Assembly (NCBI RefSeq): GCF_030684315.1
Contig: NC_081369.1
Location: 45,491,598-45,555,597 of the forward strand
Reading direction: 5' to 3'
DNA: 64,000 nt
Origin: Stegostoma tigrinum
Lineage: Eukaryota
Positions 37,010 to 50,091 of the stretch are shown in pieces. Below the pieces are notes generated by a model, which was not told the origin of the DNA, did not search any database, and worked only from the letters and a program-made list of their open reading frames with translations. The position numbers and the translations under genes are program-made. Every line of letters begins with the position of its first letter. Positions within the stretch are counted from its first letter, which is position 1.

Positions 37010-39288
37010 AAGTGGAGTTTGCTTCTAATCCCAGCTGATGGACTGTGTATGACCCTGTGTCACTTTTGTACAATGTGTATAATGGCCAAAAATGTTTACT
37101 TTCATTATACATACATTAGTATGATTAACTACTTTCACTTTAAGCTCTTATAAAAGCTAGTCTGAATTTAAAAATATGTATATTAGAGGGTTAACTATAG
37201 ATTCTCATAGTCATGACTTTTATCACTGAATCTGAAGTAAAACTTTCTGACAAGCCCTTTATGCTTTTATGTTAATATGATGTACACACTCAAATTAATT
37301 TGTAGCTTGCTTCAGAACCATACTGAAAGACTGCAAACTTGTCTTCATTCTTGATTCTGAGACCATTCTGGTTTGGCTGATCTTGGGGCAATATGCAGGA
37401 TAGGTGGCCACCTGAAGTTTTATTAAGTGTTTCAGAGTTCTGGAAGGATTTTGCTTTTTCAGAGTATTGATTTGCTGAATTTTGCATGTGTCTACCTGGA
37501 CGGAATGCTATCTGAGGATGAAATATTCTTCTATCTTTACCTTATGAAGTGAACTTGTATCAGTTGGTAAACTCTTCCTGTAGGCTGCTGTTTCCAGTAA
37601 GGTGTGCTGACTTCTGTGCAACAAGCAATTAGGTCAAAACAGTAGGAAATGAGATCTCTTTACCTTTTCTACAGTTGAGAATAGAATGATGGCATGCTTT
37701 AGCCACACATGATTTTGGTTCACATATATTGTCATAAACTCTGACAGCCAATCGGCTGTCTCCTGTGAGTGGACCTAGAGTCTCTGATATCATTTATGGG
37801 ATGGGGATTTGTTACCTTTGCTCTGCCAACTAAGCAAGAATAATGTTACAACTGCAACTGTAGATGCAATCAAGAATTTGAAACAATCTGGCCTTATTTT
37901 AAAAAGTGCCTCTTTTGTGTGCCCTGGTTTTTTCTTAAAATGATATTAATTTGCAGAAATTAGTTATGCGACTACTCTGAATTCAGTAAGCAGTTGATTA
38001 TAACTTCAAGTATGCTCACTGGAATACAAGACAATGTACAAAATATATTTGTGTATACCTTTCAAGTTGTACCTTGAACATATGCAGTTCGGACTTATTG
38101 GAATTAGACCATTTAGACTAGGAGAAAGAAGGATAGGACATAAAGTCCTGAATTGTGTTAGACTGTCAGTCTGAATGTTCAGCAAGATAATAAGCACACA
38201 ATCACAAGTTTTGTAATCGTGTATTTGGGAATTACCTTCAGAAGTTAAACTTTTTGGAAATGCTCACTGTCATGTGGAAGTTGCACATTATCGGTTAAAA
38301 TACTTCACTCCTCCATGTAAAATTTTGTCATAATTGCTTAGCAATTTGTATGATTTATGGTGTAGCCTTGATTTTAAACTAAAGCCAATTATAGCACGTG
38401 GCCTAAATTTTTATCCAGGTGTGCTTTAACTATTTCAGTAACCTTTAGATTGCAATGTAATTAAATTGAAATGCAACCAAGTTCATTCCAACACAATTTT
38501 TGCCTCATTAATGAAAACAGCAGCATTAGGTATTCTGTAATTCAGTGGTCTATCAAATTTAAACAAGGACTCCATGCTAATGCAGTGCACTCTACATATT
38601 CACAGGTTGTTGTTGATTTTTTTTTTCTATTTTTAGCTATTTAGATCAAATGCCTGTATGATTCCTTATCCAAAACAGGCTGCAGTTTTGAAAATTTTAG
38701 GTGGTTAAAACAATCAGGTAATTTGTTCTGCATTATCACCAAACCCGTTTAATAACACATTAATATCTCAAAATAGTGACACTGAAGTTGCTGCTCATGT
38801 GCTAAAAAGTTCCCCCACAGCTTAATTTAGCAATTAAAGCCTTTAAATTACTTACTTTCTTACAGTGGTGCCTGAATGCTGCTATAAACTAGAATGTTCA
38901 CAGACCATGAAGATTAGAGCTACATGCTGAAAAATACAGCGAGCTAGACTACCTAACTATGAAAGTTGTTTTAAAAATACTCAGCCAAAATTTATGAAAT
39001 AAACATAAATATGGAAAGTTCTCAGAAGTTCAGGCAGCATCAATGGAGAATTAGAACTAACAAGAGGTTGGTGACCTAAAATGTTAATACATTTTCTTTA
39101 TGGATTGCCAGTTGGTATTTCTAGTATTTTCTGTTTTCACTTCAGTTTTCAACAAATGCAATATTTGGCTTGTGTGTGCTTTAATTCATTCTTGTATTTT
39201 AAGTATGTAATAGCAATAACAATGTTTGCTGTTTAGATTCTTTGAAACACTTGAATAGGTGCCTGGAAATGTTTTATATTCCTTTCGA

Positions 39289-39447
39289 AATAAATATTTT
39301 CTGTTGCTATACTGTGTGATTGATTTTAATATTTGTTTTAGTTGGGCTGTGACTTTTTTGTTTGGGTAATGTGATTATTTATATGCAGATTAATGTTGAA
39401 GTTATTTTCAGATTTAGTTTTAATGTGATTTGTATTTTTGAAATAAA
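39289..39447 (+). terminator. Probable CHMP1A polyadenylation signals
   Basis: AATAAA at 39289-39294 and 39442-39447, each followed by GT/T-rich sequence, at the end of a repeat-poor stretch of about 2.3 kb after the stop codon. Confidence 0.5.
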
Positions 39448-39509
39448 GGATTTAAATTATCTCATTTCCTGTTGTCTGTTAGAAGGAATAGAGATTGCTA
39501 CACAAAATA

Positions 39510-40305
39510 AGAGCACACAGTGCAGGAGATAACATTATCATGGATAAGAGTATTGTACATGAGCAGGGAGCAGAGATTAAAGATAGATGGGTCATTTTTG
39601 GCTTGGGAAACTATAACTAATGGAATGCCACAAGTATCAGTGTTGTGGCATCAGGTATTTACTATCTGTAATAGTGATTTGGATGAAGAGCCGAGCATGG
39701 TAACTTGACACCAAGATGGGGATGTAAGAGTCTACAAAAGGGCAAAGTTGGGCTAAGTGATTGGGTTAAAAAGTCGGCAGATGACATCATTATGTAGGAA
39801 AGTGTGAACATGTCCATTTTAGCGAAAAGAATGGTAAAGCAGCATACTGCGTTTTAAATAGGAGATTACTCTACAAAGGGACCAGAGTCAGAAAGATTAT
39901 TATGCCAAGAATTTAGGAATGTTGAGGTTTATTGCAAGGGCAATGAAATATAAAAGCAGAGAATCTTTGTATGAAGCACTGGTGAAGTGACATCTGGACT
40001 GTCTACAATTTCTTATTTGAAAAAAGGACATAAATGTTTTAGTTCAGAATATTCACAACTCATTCTGTACGTGAAGGGCTTTTCTCATGAAGAATTGAGC
40101 TTATTTCCAATGTTTTTTGTTTTGGATTTTTTTAGGTTTGCAATGCATTTTGTTGATCTCTCCACCTCTATCCTTCCCAATTTCCAACTGGTTCAGAAAT
40201 CTGACTCATAGCGAGTTCTGGGGTAAAGGGTAGAAAAGCGCAGTTGAGACTAAGATCTGCCATTCTTTAATCGAAGGCCTAGAAGACCAATGGTTTACTC
40301 CTGAG
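39510..40305 (+). mobile_element. Decayed CR1-type LINE
   Basis: WETITNGMPQVSVLWHQVFTICNSDLDE is a degenerate version of the RT motif GVPQGSVLGPxLFxIYINDLD. Confidence 0.78.
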
Positions 40306-42019
40306 TTAGTAGCATCCTACCACTAGGTGGTGCACATGTAGCATTCCTGAAAGGCTTCAATTAATTTTGACAATGACAGTCAGTCCAAGCATTAACACAA
40401 GATACTAGATTAGAAGAGCTATTTGGAGTACAGCCAGTACTTGGTGTTTGGCCAAGTTTTGCTTTTCCATTCACAATATCACTCATGATTTATATTTTAT
40501 AAATCTACACGATGTATTTGTTTAGTGTCTCACGATGGTGACTCAGATTTTATTTCCGTGTGCTTCAAGGATCTACTGGGTTACAATGTAGGATGAGCAT
40601 TCTTCATATCTGTTTTAACAGGCTGTCACCAAAAGGTTGGAGATATCAAGGTGTCCAAAAGTTTACCAAAAAAAATAGGTTACTGGATGTTAAACTGGAG
40701 TGGGATGAATTCGGTATTCACAGTAAAATACTAATTGCAGGAATTTCTTGCATCCTGTAAAATGAAATATAAAAAATTACACTTTTGGCATGTCAAGCAA
40801 AGGAAAAGTCTTATTTTAATTTTCCATGTTACATTTAACACTGATTTTGTAGGATTTAGTTTGCCCAACATTTGATCCCTATCTGTAATTGCCCGAGCAG
40901 ATAGTATTAAGATGCCTTCTTGTATTGTAATCTTGTGTTTTTTATTCTCTTGTATGATGTGGGCAGTCAGCTGGAGCAGCGCTTATTGCCCATATCTAGT
41001 TATCCTTGAAAAGGTGGTAGTGAGCTGCTGCCCGTAACTGTTGCAGTCCACTTGTAGCTAGAGACACAATGCCTGTAGGGAGGATATTCCATGTTTTTCA
41101 CCCTGTGATAATGTAGGAAGGCGCTGCTTGGTGGCACTGGTGATGGTACTTTCCATCACCTTACCTTTTGATTGCGAATAAACTGACAGGGGGGTAATTG
41201 GTTGAGTTCATCATGTTACTTTTGTGCACATGACTAACTTGGGCAAATTTCCAAATTTGTGGGTGGATGCCAGTGTTGTAGCTGTACTGGAACAACTTGG
41301 CAAGTTTTTGGAGCACAAGTCTTCCGTTCTGTTGTCAGAACGTAGTCAGGGCCAATAGCCTTTGTTGTATGCAGTGCCTCCGTTTTTTGATACCATGTGG
41401 AGTGAACCAATTAGCTGAAGACTGGAGTCCAAGATGACTCGTGCATATCCAGCAGTTTTGGCTGAAGATTGTTGCAAATGCATCAGCTCTACCTTTTACA
41501 CTGTTGTGCTGGGCTCTTCCATCATTGAGGATGAGGATATTTGTAGAGCTGCCTCCTATGAGTTATTAAATGGTCCACCACCATTCGTGGTTGGGTGTTT
41601 CAGGTTTGTAGACCTTAGATCTAATCCATTGGTTGTGGAATTGTTTGACTCTGCCTAATTGCTGGCTGCTTACACTGTTTGACACACAATAAGCCAGTTT
41701 GGTAGCTTCATCAGGTGTGATTTATGAGTACACCCACAAGGCTGTGAGGAAGGAGGTTTTCAGGATTTTGACCCAGTGACAGTGAAGGAACAGTAATTAT
41801 AGTTTCAAGTCAGAAAGGTGTGCAGATCGAGGGGAACTTGCAGATGTCAGTCTTCCAATGTGCCTGCTGTCCATGTCCAAGATAGTAGTGGTAATGAGTT
41901 TGTAAGGTGCTGTCGATCTTGTAGCTAATATACAATGCTGCCACTGTGCACTGTTGGTGAAGTAAATGAATATTTGAGACAGTGATGTAGAGATATTAAG
42001 TGGATTGCTTTGAGATAGT

Positions 42020-45000
42020 AAAAATTGAGAGAACTGCAGATGCTGTAAATCTCAAACAAAAATAGAGACTGCTGGAAAAGCTGAACAGGCCTGGCAGCAT
42101 CTGTGAGCAGAAATCAGAGTTAACGTTTTGGGTCCAATGAGCCTTCATGAGAAGCTCCTCTGCTGATTGGCCTGCTGTGTTCATCCAGCTCTACACCTTG
42201 ATATCTCAAAGCTAGGAAAATGTCAGTTTATATGCAGAAGATTGGGTGGAGGGAAGGAGTCAGGAGTAAACGATAGGTGGGGAGGAGGGGTAAGGATTAA
42301 ACAATGAGTGGGGATATAGCCCAAAGAGAGAGAGAGGAACAGTTAGACAAAGGTTTGGATAACGATCTGTCCAGTAGGTTGAATAGCTATTCATGGGAAC
42401 AAAAACAAAAATTATTTGAAAAGCTCAGCAATTCTGGCAGCATCTATGAAGAAATTCAGAGTTAACGTGTCAGGTCCAGTAACCGTTCCTCAGAACACTT
42501 AATGGGGCTGTTGGTAGCTCACAACAGGTAGTGTGGAATGACAGACTGTGATGACAAGGCCTGGTGTGTGGAGTTGGGGGCTAGGACATGGGAGTGTTCA
42601 GGCCCTAAAATTATTGAATTCGATATTGAGTCTGGAGAGCTGCAGGGTCCCCAGGTGGAAAATGAGGTGTATTTTCACTGTAGCAATCCAGAGATACAGC
42701 TGTTGGCCAGGGAATAGGGTGGTATGTTAAAGTGGCAAACAACTGGAAGCTCGGGGTCTTTTTTGTAAGCAGAATATAGATGTTCTACAAAGCAGTCACC
42801 CAGTTTACCCCCAGTTTCCCCAATGTAGAAGACACCACATTGTGAGCAGCAAATATAGTAGTCAAGGTTGTATGAAGTGCAGGTAAAGTGCTGCATCACC
42901 TGGAAGGTATGTTTGGGCCCTTAGCTAGTGAGGAGGGAGAAAGTAACAGGGCAGGTGTTACACCTTCGGCAGTTGCAGGGGAAGGAGCTGTGGGGCTGAG
43001 GGATGGTGTTGTGAATGAAGGAAGTGTGGACCAGCGTGTCTTGGAGGGAAACAGTCCCTGTGGAAGGGACCTTTTCCTTTCAGGCATCAAGGCATACACG
43101 ATGTAACAACTCGGGGATAACCACAGCCGTCTGTAAACTTCCTCTTCCCTTTCCTCTGACTCCATCTCCTCCCTCAATTCCACCTCCTGTCATGTATTGA
43201 ATATCTCCTAATCTTCTGCTCTTTGATGTAGAACATTCTGTATTCAGCAAAGGTCTCAGCTTTATCTCTCTGCATCCCCATCTTAATGAATTTTGGGCAC
43301 GACATGACATCAAACTCTTCTTCAGTCGTCTTTGCCTCCATGCCCATTTCTTTGGACAAGATCATCCTGCGGTCCAACAGACCCCTTTGCCCATCACCCA
43401 CACTCTCCCTCCACCGTGACCCCTCCCACTGGGCTTTTACCTGCACTCAACCTGTTCATTGACATGACATTGGTCACCTCAATATCTCTGCAACCCCACC
43501 ACCACACAATCCAACCTATCTCTCTCCAAATTGACTGCACGCCAAGCACTTAGATCTAAGCCTGACTGTGTCATTAAGCCAATCGATGAGGGTGGCACTG
43601 TTGTAGTCTGGTGCACTGACTCTACGTTGTGGAGGCTGAGTACCAGCTCTCAGATACCTCCCCCCTCCTATCTTCCCCTGGATCATGACCCCACCATGGA
43701 AGATCAGGCCATTGTATCAACTACAGTAATTTCATCTGGTGATCTCCACCCCACCCCCAACCTCACGTAATGGCTCGAAGCTGAAAGTTCCCCAACCCTT
43801 TGCAGGTCGCTTCTACCTCCTTCGGAAAATTGACAAACAGCACTGCCCATTGTTTCGGTCTGCTCCTGTCCCACAGAACACATCTCTTCCTATCTTGACT
43901 TGATGTTTGCTCCATAGTCCAGTCCCTGCCCACTTACATCTGCGATTCCTCTGACACTTTATGCCAGTTTTGGAATTTCCAGTTTGCAGGCTCTAGCAGC
44001 CTCCTGTTTACCTTGGATGTTCAATCCCTTTACACTTCCATTCCCCAATCAGGATAGTTTCAGGACTCTCCACTTCTTTCTGGAGCAAAGGCCTGAACTG
44101 GCCCCATCCTCTGCCCCCCCCCCCCCCCCCCCCGCCACCTTCCTCTGCTTGGCTGAGCTCCTCCTCACCTTGAACAACTTTTAACTCCTCTCATTTTCTT
44201 CAGGATAGTGGGGTGGCTATAGGTTCTCACATGGGCCTCAGTTATGCCTGTCTCTTTGTGGGGTACGTGGAACAATCCTTATTCCAGTCCTATTCCTGCT
44301 CCCAGCCACAACTCTTTCTCTGATACATCAATGACCTTGTCAATACTGCTTCCCTCTCTCATCCAGAATTGGAAAAGTTCATCGATTTCGCTTCCAATTT
44401 CCACCCCACGCACATTTCCACCTGGGCTCTCTCTGACTCCTCCCTTCCCTTCCTTGACATTTCTGTTTCCATTTCTGGAGACAGACTGGCTACTAATATC
44501 CACTATAAACACACTGACTCCCACAGCTACTGGACTATACATCCTTGCACCCTGCTTCTTGTAAAGTCTCCATTCTGTTTTCCCAGTTCTTCCATCACCA
44601 TTCTTGCATATGTTCAGATGAGGCCAACTTCGACAAGGGACCCTTTGAAATGTCCATCTTCTTCATCAACTGGGGTTTTCCCAGCACCGTTGTTGACAGG
44701 GCCCTCAACCAGGTCCAAACTATCTCCCACACTTCTGCCCTTACCCCTTCTCTTCCGTCACACAAGAGTGATCCATCATCAGACACCATTTCCGCCACCT
44801 CCCGCAAGATGCCATCACTAGACCACACATTTCCCTCTCCTCCCTTGTCCACCTTCCACAGGGACTGTTCTCTCTGGGACACCCTGTCCATTTTTCCTTC
44901 ACTCCTCAGCCCCACAGCTCCTTCCCCTGCAACCGCCAGAGGTGTAACACCTGCCCAATTACCACCTCCCTCACCACTATCTAAGGGGCCAAACATACCT

Positions 45001-45790
45001 TCCAGGTGAAGCAACGCTTTACCTGCACTTCACAGAATCTAGTCTACTACATTCGCTGCTCACAATGCGGTCTCCTCTACACTGTGGAAACGAGGTGTAG
45101 ACTGGCTGACTGCTTCAGAGAACATCTACGTTCTGATCGCGAAAAAGATCCTGAGCGTCCAGTAACCTATCACTTTATCACACCGCCATGTTCCCTGGCC
45201 ATCATCTCTGCCTCAGGCTTGCTGCAGTGTTTCAGAGAACATCTACGTTCTGATCGCGAAAAAGATCCTGAGCGTCCAGTAACCTATCACTTTATCACAC
45301 CGCCATGTTCCCTGGCCATCATCTCTGCCTCAGGCTTGCTGCAGTGTTCAGCTTGTGCTGACTTTCACTCGGAGGAACAACACCTCATTTTGCACTTGGG
45401 GATCCTACAGCCCTCTGGATTCAATATTTACTTCAATAATTTTAGGGCCTAAACTCTCCCATATCTTAGCCCCCTATCCTACACACCAGGCTTCGTTATC
45501 ACATAGTCTGCCATTAAACACTACCAATTGTTATTTTAACAGGTATTTACCCTCCGAGCCAGAACGTTATCCATTCCTTTGTCAATTCAACTGTTCTCTC
45601 ACTTTAGGCCCTACCCCACCTATCATTTCCTTCTTCCACCTCAACCCTATTTTCTGCATATAAACCAACATTTTCCTAGCTGATATCAGTTCTGAGGAAG
45701 GGTCACTGGACCTGAAACGTTAACTCTGATTTCTCTTCACGGATGTTACCAGACCTGCTGAGCTTTTCCAGCAATGTCCGTTATTGTTTC
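42020..45790 (+). mobile_element. Penelope-like retroelement (RT plus GIY-YIG) with inverted 5' copy of its 3' end and 14-bp TSD
   Basis: Frameshifted RT remnants (VIKPIDEGGTVVVW, GVAIGSHMGLSYACLFVG, SLPFLDISVSISGDRLATNIHYKHTDSHSY); GIY-YIG remnant FTCTSQNLVYYIRCSQCGLLY...RLADCFREHLRS; about 42200-43070 is an inverted homologue of about 44860-45790; tgctttgagatagt at 42006-42019 and 45791-45804. Confidence 0.9.
45688..45725 (+). ncRNA. Minimal type I hammerhead ribozyme motif in the Penelope 3' terminal repeat
   Basis: AGTT-CTGAGGA-A-GGGTC-ACTG-GACCT-GAAA-CG-TT^-AACT: stem I AGUU/AACU, 5-bp stem II, palindromic ACGU stem III. Confidence 0.7.
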
Positions 45791-46484
45791 TGCTTTGAGA
45801 TAGTGTTGAACTTCTTAAATGTTGTTGGAGCCATACTGACCCAGACAACAGGAGAGATTCAATTACACGCCTGACTTATAATTTGCAAACAATGAACAGA
45901 GTTTGGGAACCAGGAGGTGATTGGCTTGTCTCAGAATTGCCAACCTCTGTCTTGTTGTTATGATATATAAATAACTAGACCAATTGAGTTTATGGCTTTC
46001 TTTTTTGACTCTTTCACCTGATATGGGAATCACTGACTAGCATTTAGTGCCCATGGCATCCAACAACCACAGCCACTTTCCTTTGTGCGAGGTATGACTG
46101 TGACCACTGGTGGGTTTTCTGTCTCAATTTCCAAGGCCTTCAATTTTGCCAGAGTTCTGCCATGCCACACTTGGTCAAATGCTGTTTGATGTTGAGGATA
46201 GTAACTTTTACTTTTACCTCCACCTCTTGAGTTCAGCTCTAATGTCCATGCTTAAGCAAAAGTTTATAATAAGATCAAGTACTAAGTGTCTGTGAGCAGG
46301 GTATTACAGGGCAAGTGCCATCTGACAGCACTGTTAGCAACATCCTAAATCAATTTGCTGATGCTCGAGAGGATGCTGGTGCAGATTCGCTTGTCCTGGT
46401 CTTTGTGGGTAGGACATTTGTGCACATTTCCCACATTGTCGATAAATGCTGGTATTGTTGCTGCCCACAATAGCTTGGTAAGGG

Positions 46485-47103
46485 AACAAAATGTGAGGCT
46501 GGATGAACACACCAGGCCAAGCAGCATCTCAGGAGCACAAAAGCTGACATTTCGGGCCTAGACCCTTCATCAGAGAGGGGGATGGGGAGAGGGAACTGGA
46601 ATAAATAGGGAGAGAGGGGGAGGCGGACCGAAGATGGAGAGAAAACAGCCCAGTTCGTCCCCTCCCCCCACTGCACCACACAACCAGCCCAGCTCTTCCC
46701 CTCCACCCACTGCATCCCAAAACCAGTCCAACCCGTCTCTGCCTCCCTAACCTGTTCTTCCTCTCACCCATCCCTTCCTCCCACCCCAAGCCGCACCCCC
46801 ATCTACCTACTAACCTCATCCCACCTCCTTGACCTGTCCGTCTTCCCTGGACTGACCTATCCCCTCCCTACCTCCCCACCTATACTCTCTCCACCCATCT
46901 TCTTTTCTCTCCATCTTCGGTCCGCCTCCCCATCTCTCCCTATTTATTCCAGAACCCTCACCCCATCCCCTTCTCTGATGAAGGGTCTAGGCCCGAAACA
47001 TCAGCTTTTGTGCTCCTGAGATGCTGCTTGGCCTGCTGTGTTCATCCAGCCTCACATTTTGTTGTCTTGGATTCTCCAGCATCTGCAGTTCCCATTATCT
47101 CTG
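46485..47103. mobile_element. Penelope-derived fold-back element with long terminal inverted repeats
   Basis: About 160-bp inverted arms, each with a hammerhead-like core; atagcttggtaaggg at 46470-46484 and 47104-47118. Confidence 0.88.
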
Positions 47104-48186
47104 ATAGCTTGGTAAGGGGTTAGTTTTGGAGCACAAGTCTTAAGTATCATTGCTAGGATGTTGTCAGATCCCATAGTCTTTGTAGTTTTCAGTTCCTTTA
47201 GCCATTTGATGCTACATGGCGTGACTCAAATTAACTAAAGACTGGTATTTGTGATACTGGGAACCCTAGGAGGCAGCCAAGATGGATCTTCTATTTGTTT
47301 CTTGCTGAAGATGGATGCAAATACTTCAGCTTAGTCTTTGCACTGATGGATTGGGTTTCCGCATCACTGAGGATGGGAATATTTGTATATCTGCCACCAC
47401 CCGTAAATTGTTTAATTACCCTCCTCTATTCACAGTTGGAGGTGGCAGGACTACAGAGTTTTGATCTAATCTATTAGTTGTGGTATCCCTTGGCTCTGCC
47501 TAATGTATGTTGCTTCCATTTTTTTAGCTCACAAGTAGTCCCGAATTGTTGCATCACAATGTTGACACATCATTTTTATCTAAGCCTAGTGCTGTTCCTG
47601 GCATTCCTTCCTGCACTCTTTATTGAACCAATGTTCAGCACTTGTGTTGTTGACCGTTGTAGCGTGGGAATGAGTTTATAGACTCTGATTGAACCTGATG
47701 CTGATGGTGGTGGCCCACTATAACTTATGGATGTCCAGTTTTGAGAAATTAAATCTGTTGTAAATTTGTCCATTTAGCACAGAGGTAATGCCACAGAACA
47801 CATTGGAGTTTTCCTAAAAAGAAGGATCATGCACTGGTGATATCAAGGGATACTGTCGTAGACAGATGTATCTTCAACAATTAGTGAGGATGAGGTCTAA
47901 TAGGTTTTCTCCTCTAGTTGTTCCATTACCACCTGACATTGGTCAGTCTGGCATATTTGTCCTTCAGGGTTCAGTCAGTAGAAGTGCTACCAAGCCATTG
48001 GAAGTCCCCCCACACAGAGTGCATTCTGAGCCTTTGCCACATTCATTGCTTACTACAAGAAATGTTCAACACAGCAAAGTACTAACTCATCAACTGTGGG
48101 TGGTATATAGTAAGTGATAATAGGTGAAAAGGTCTCCTTACCCATGTTTAAGCTCATTTATTGAAACTTCATGGAGTTTGGAGTTA

Positions 48187-48973
48187 GACCATAAGACATA
48201 GGAGTGGAAGTAAGGCCATTCGGCCCATCGAGTCCACTCCGCCATTTAAATCATGGCTGATGGGCATTTCAACACCACTTCCCTGCACTCTCCCCGTAGC
48301 CCTTGATTCCTTGTGAGATCTAGAATTTATCGATCTCTGCCTTGAAGGCATCTAACGTCCCGGCCTCCGCTGCACTCTGTGGCAATGAATTCCACAAGCC
48401 CACCACTCTCTGGCTGAAGAAATGCCTCCTCATTTCCATTTTAAATTTACCCCCTCTAATTCTACGGCTGTGCCCACAGGTCCTAGACTCCCCACCTAAC
48501 GGAAACAACTTCCCAGCTTCCACCCTTTCTAAGTCATACATTATCTTGTAAGTTTCTACTAGATCACCCCTCAACCTTCTAAACTCTAATGAATACAATC
48601 CCAGGATCCTTAGCCATTCATTGTACATTAAACCTACCATTCAAGGGATCATCCATGTGAATCTCCGCTGGACACGCTCCAGGGCCAGTATATCCTTCCT
48701 GAGGTGTGGGGCCCAAAATTGGACACAGTATTCTACGTGGGGCCTAACTAGAGCTTTATAAAGTCTCAGTAGCACATCACTGCTTTTATATTCCAACCCT
48801 CTTGAGATAAATGACAACATTACATTCACTTTCTTAATCACGGACTCTACCTGCAAGTTAACTTTTAGAGAATCCTGGGCCAACACTCCCTGATCCCATC
48901 GTACTTCTGCTTTATGAATTTTCTCACCGTTTAGAAAATAGTCCATGCCTGTATTCTTTTTTCCAAAATGCAA
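48187..48973 (-). mobile_element. Young 5'-truncated CR1-type LINE
   Basis: Two abutting in-frame ORFs (48641-48973, 48320-48640) separated by one stop: GLEYKSSDVLLRLYKALVRPHVEYCVQFWAP ... FFSQRVVGLWNSLP; gagtta at 48181-48186 and 48974-48979. Confidence 0.92.
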
Positions 48974-49480
48974 GAGTTAATGTTGATGGCTCCCAGGGCA
49001 ACTTATTTCTGAATCTACACAATTAATACCCTGACAGTGGGACTTGACAGAGATGTGGCGATGATGTCTTGGTCATTGGTTGTAAGGTATGGTTCAGTGA
49101 GTGTGATTATGTCAGGCTACTGCTTGACATCTCTCCTGATTTTGGTACAAGACCTCAGATATTAGTGTAGAGGGAGGACTGGACAAGATTGACAGGAGAA
49201 ATGGAGATGTACTGTTGATCCTTCATTGATGTAAGATTTTCGGTCAGCTTTTATTCCTTTTTGAACTTCCTTTAGTGGTTTGGTACAACAGTATGTCATT
49301 ACTAGGACATTAAAGAGTCCACCACATTGTGTGGTCTGGAATTGATGTAAGCTCAACCATGTAGGAATGGCAGGTTTCTTGCCCTGAAGGATTTTAGTGA
49401 ACCAGGTGAATTTTCTTTAACAACAACTGAATATAATTTCATGGGACCATTGCTGAAACCAACCTTTAACTCTATCCTGA

Positions 49481-50091
49481 AGCTGACGTTTCGGACCTTG
49501 ACCTTTCATCAGAGAGGGGGATGGGGAGAGGGTTCTGAAATAAATAGGGAGAGAGGGGGAGGCGGACCGAAGATGGATAGAGGAGATGATAGGTGGAGAG
49601 GAGAGTATAGGTGGGGAGGTGGAGAGGAGAGTATAGGTGGGGAGGTGGGGAGGGGATAGGTCAGTTCAGGGAGGACGGACAGGTCAAGGAGGCGGGATGA
49701 GGTTAAAACCAGCCCAGCTCATCCCCGCCTCCCTAACCTGTTCTTCCTCTCATCTATCCCCTCCTCCCACCTCAAACCGCACCTCCATTTCCCACCTACC
49801 AACTTCATCCCGCCTCCTTGACCTGTCCGTCCTCCCTGGACTGACCTATCCCCTCCCTACCTCCCCACCTATACTCTCCTCTCCACCTATCTTCTCCTCT
49901 ATCCATCTTCGGTCCGCCTCCCCCCTCTCCCTATTTATTTCAGAACCCTCTCCCCATCCCCCTCTCTGATGAAGGGTCTAGGCCTGAAACGTCAGCTTTT
50001 GTGCTCCTGAAATGCTGCTTGGCCTGGTGTGTTCATCCAGCTTCACACTTTGTTATCTTGGATTCTTCAGCATCTGCAGTTCACATTACCT
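49481..50091. mobile_element. Penelope-derived fold-back element with 17-bp TSD
   Basis: About 200-bp inverted arms; core CTGATGA (49966-49972) ... GAAACGTC (49986-49993); ctttaactctatcctga at 49464-49480 and 50092-50108. Confidence 0.88.

Larger units (their letters stand above)
40860..49460 (-). mobile_element. Old fragmented CR1/L2-clade LINE sequence hosting several younger insertions
   Basis: Degenerate LINE-like sequence resumes across the TSDs of insertions at 42020-45790, 46485-47103 and 48187-48973; RT-like remnant near 46160-46200 on the minus strand. Confidence 0.5.

Noticed and set aside
46485-50091. Interpreting the inverted-repeat elements as DNA-transposon MITEs
   Set aside because: The arms have the terminal-repeat organisation seen in the Penelope element, are asymmetric in length, and have variable 11-17 bp TSDs, unlike cut-and-paste superfamilies with fixed short TSDs.
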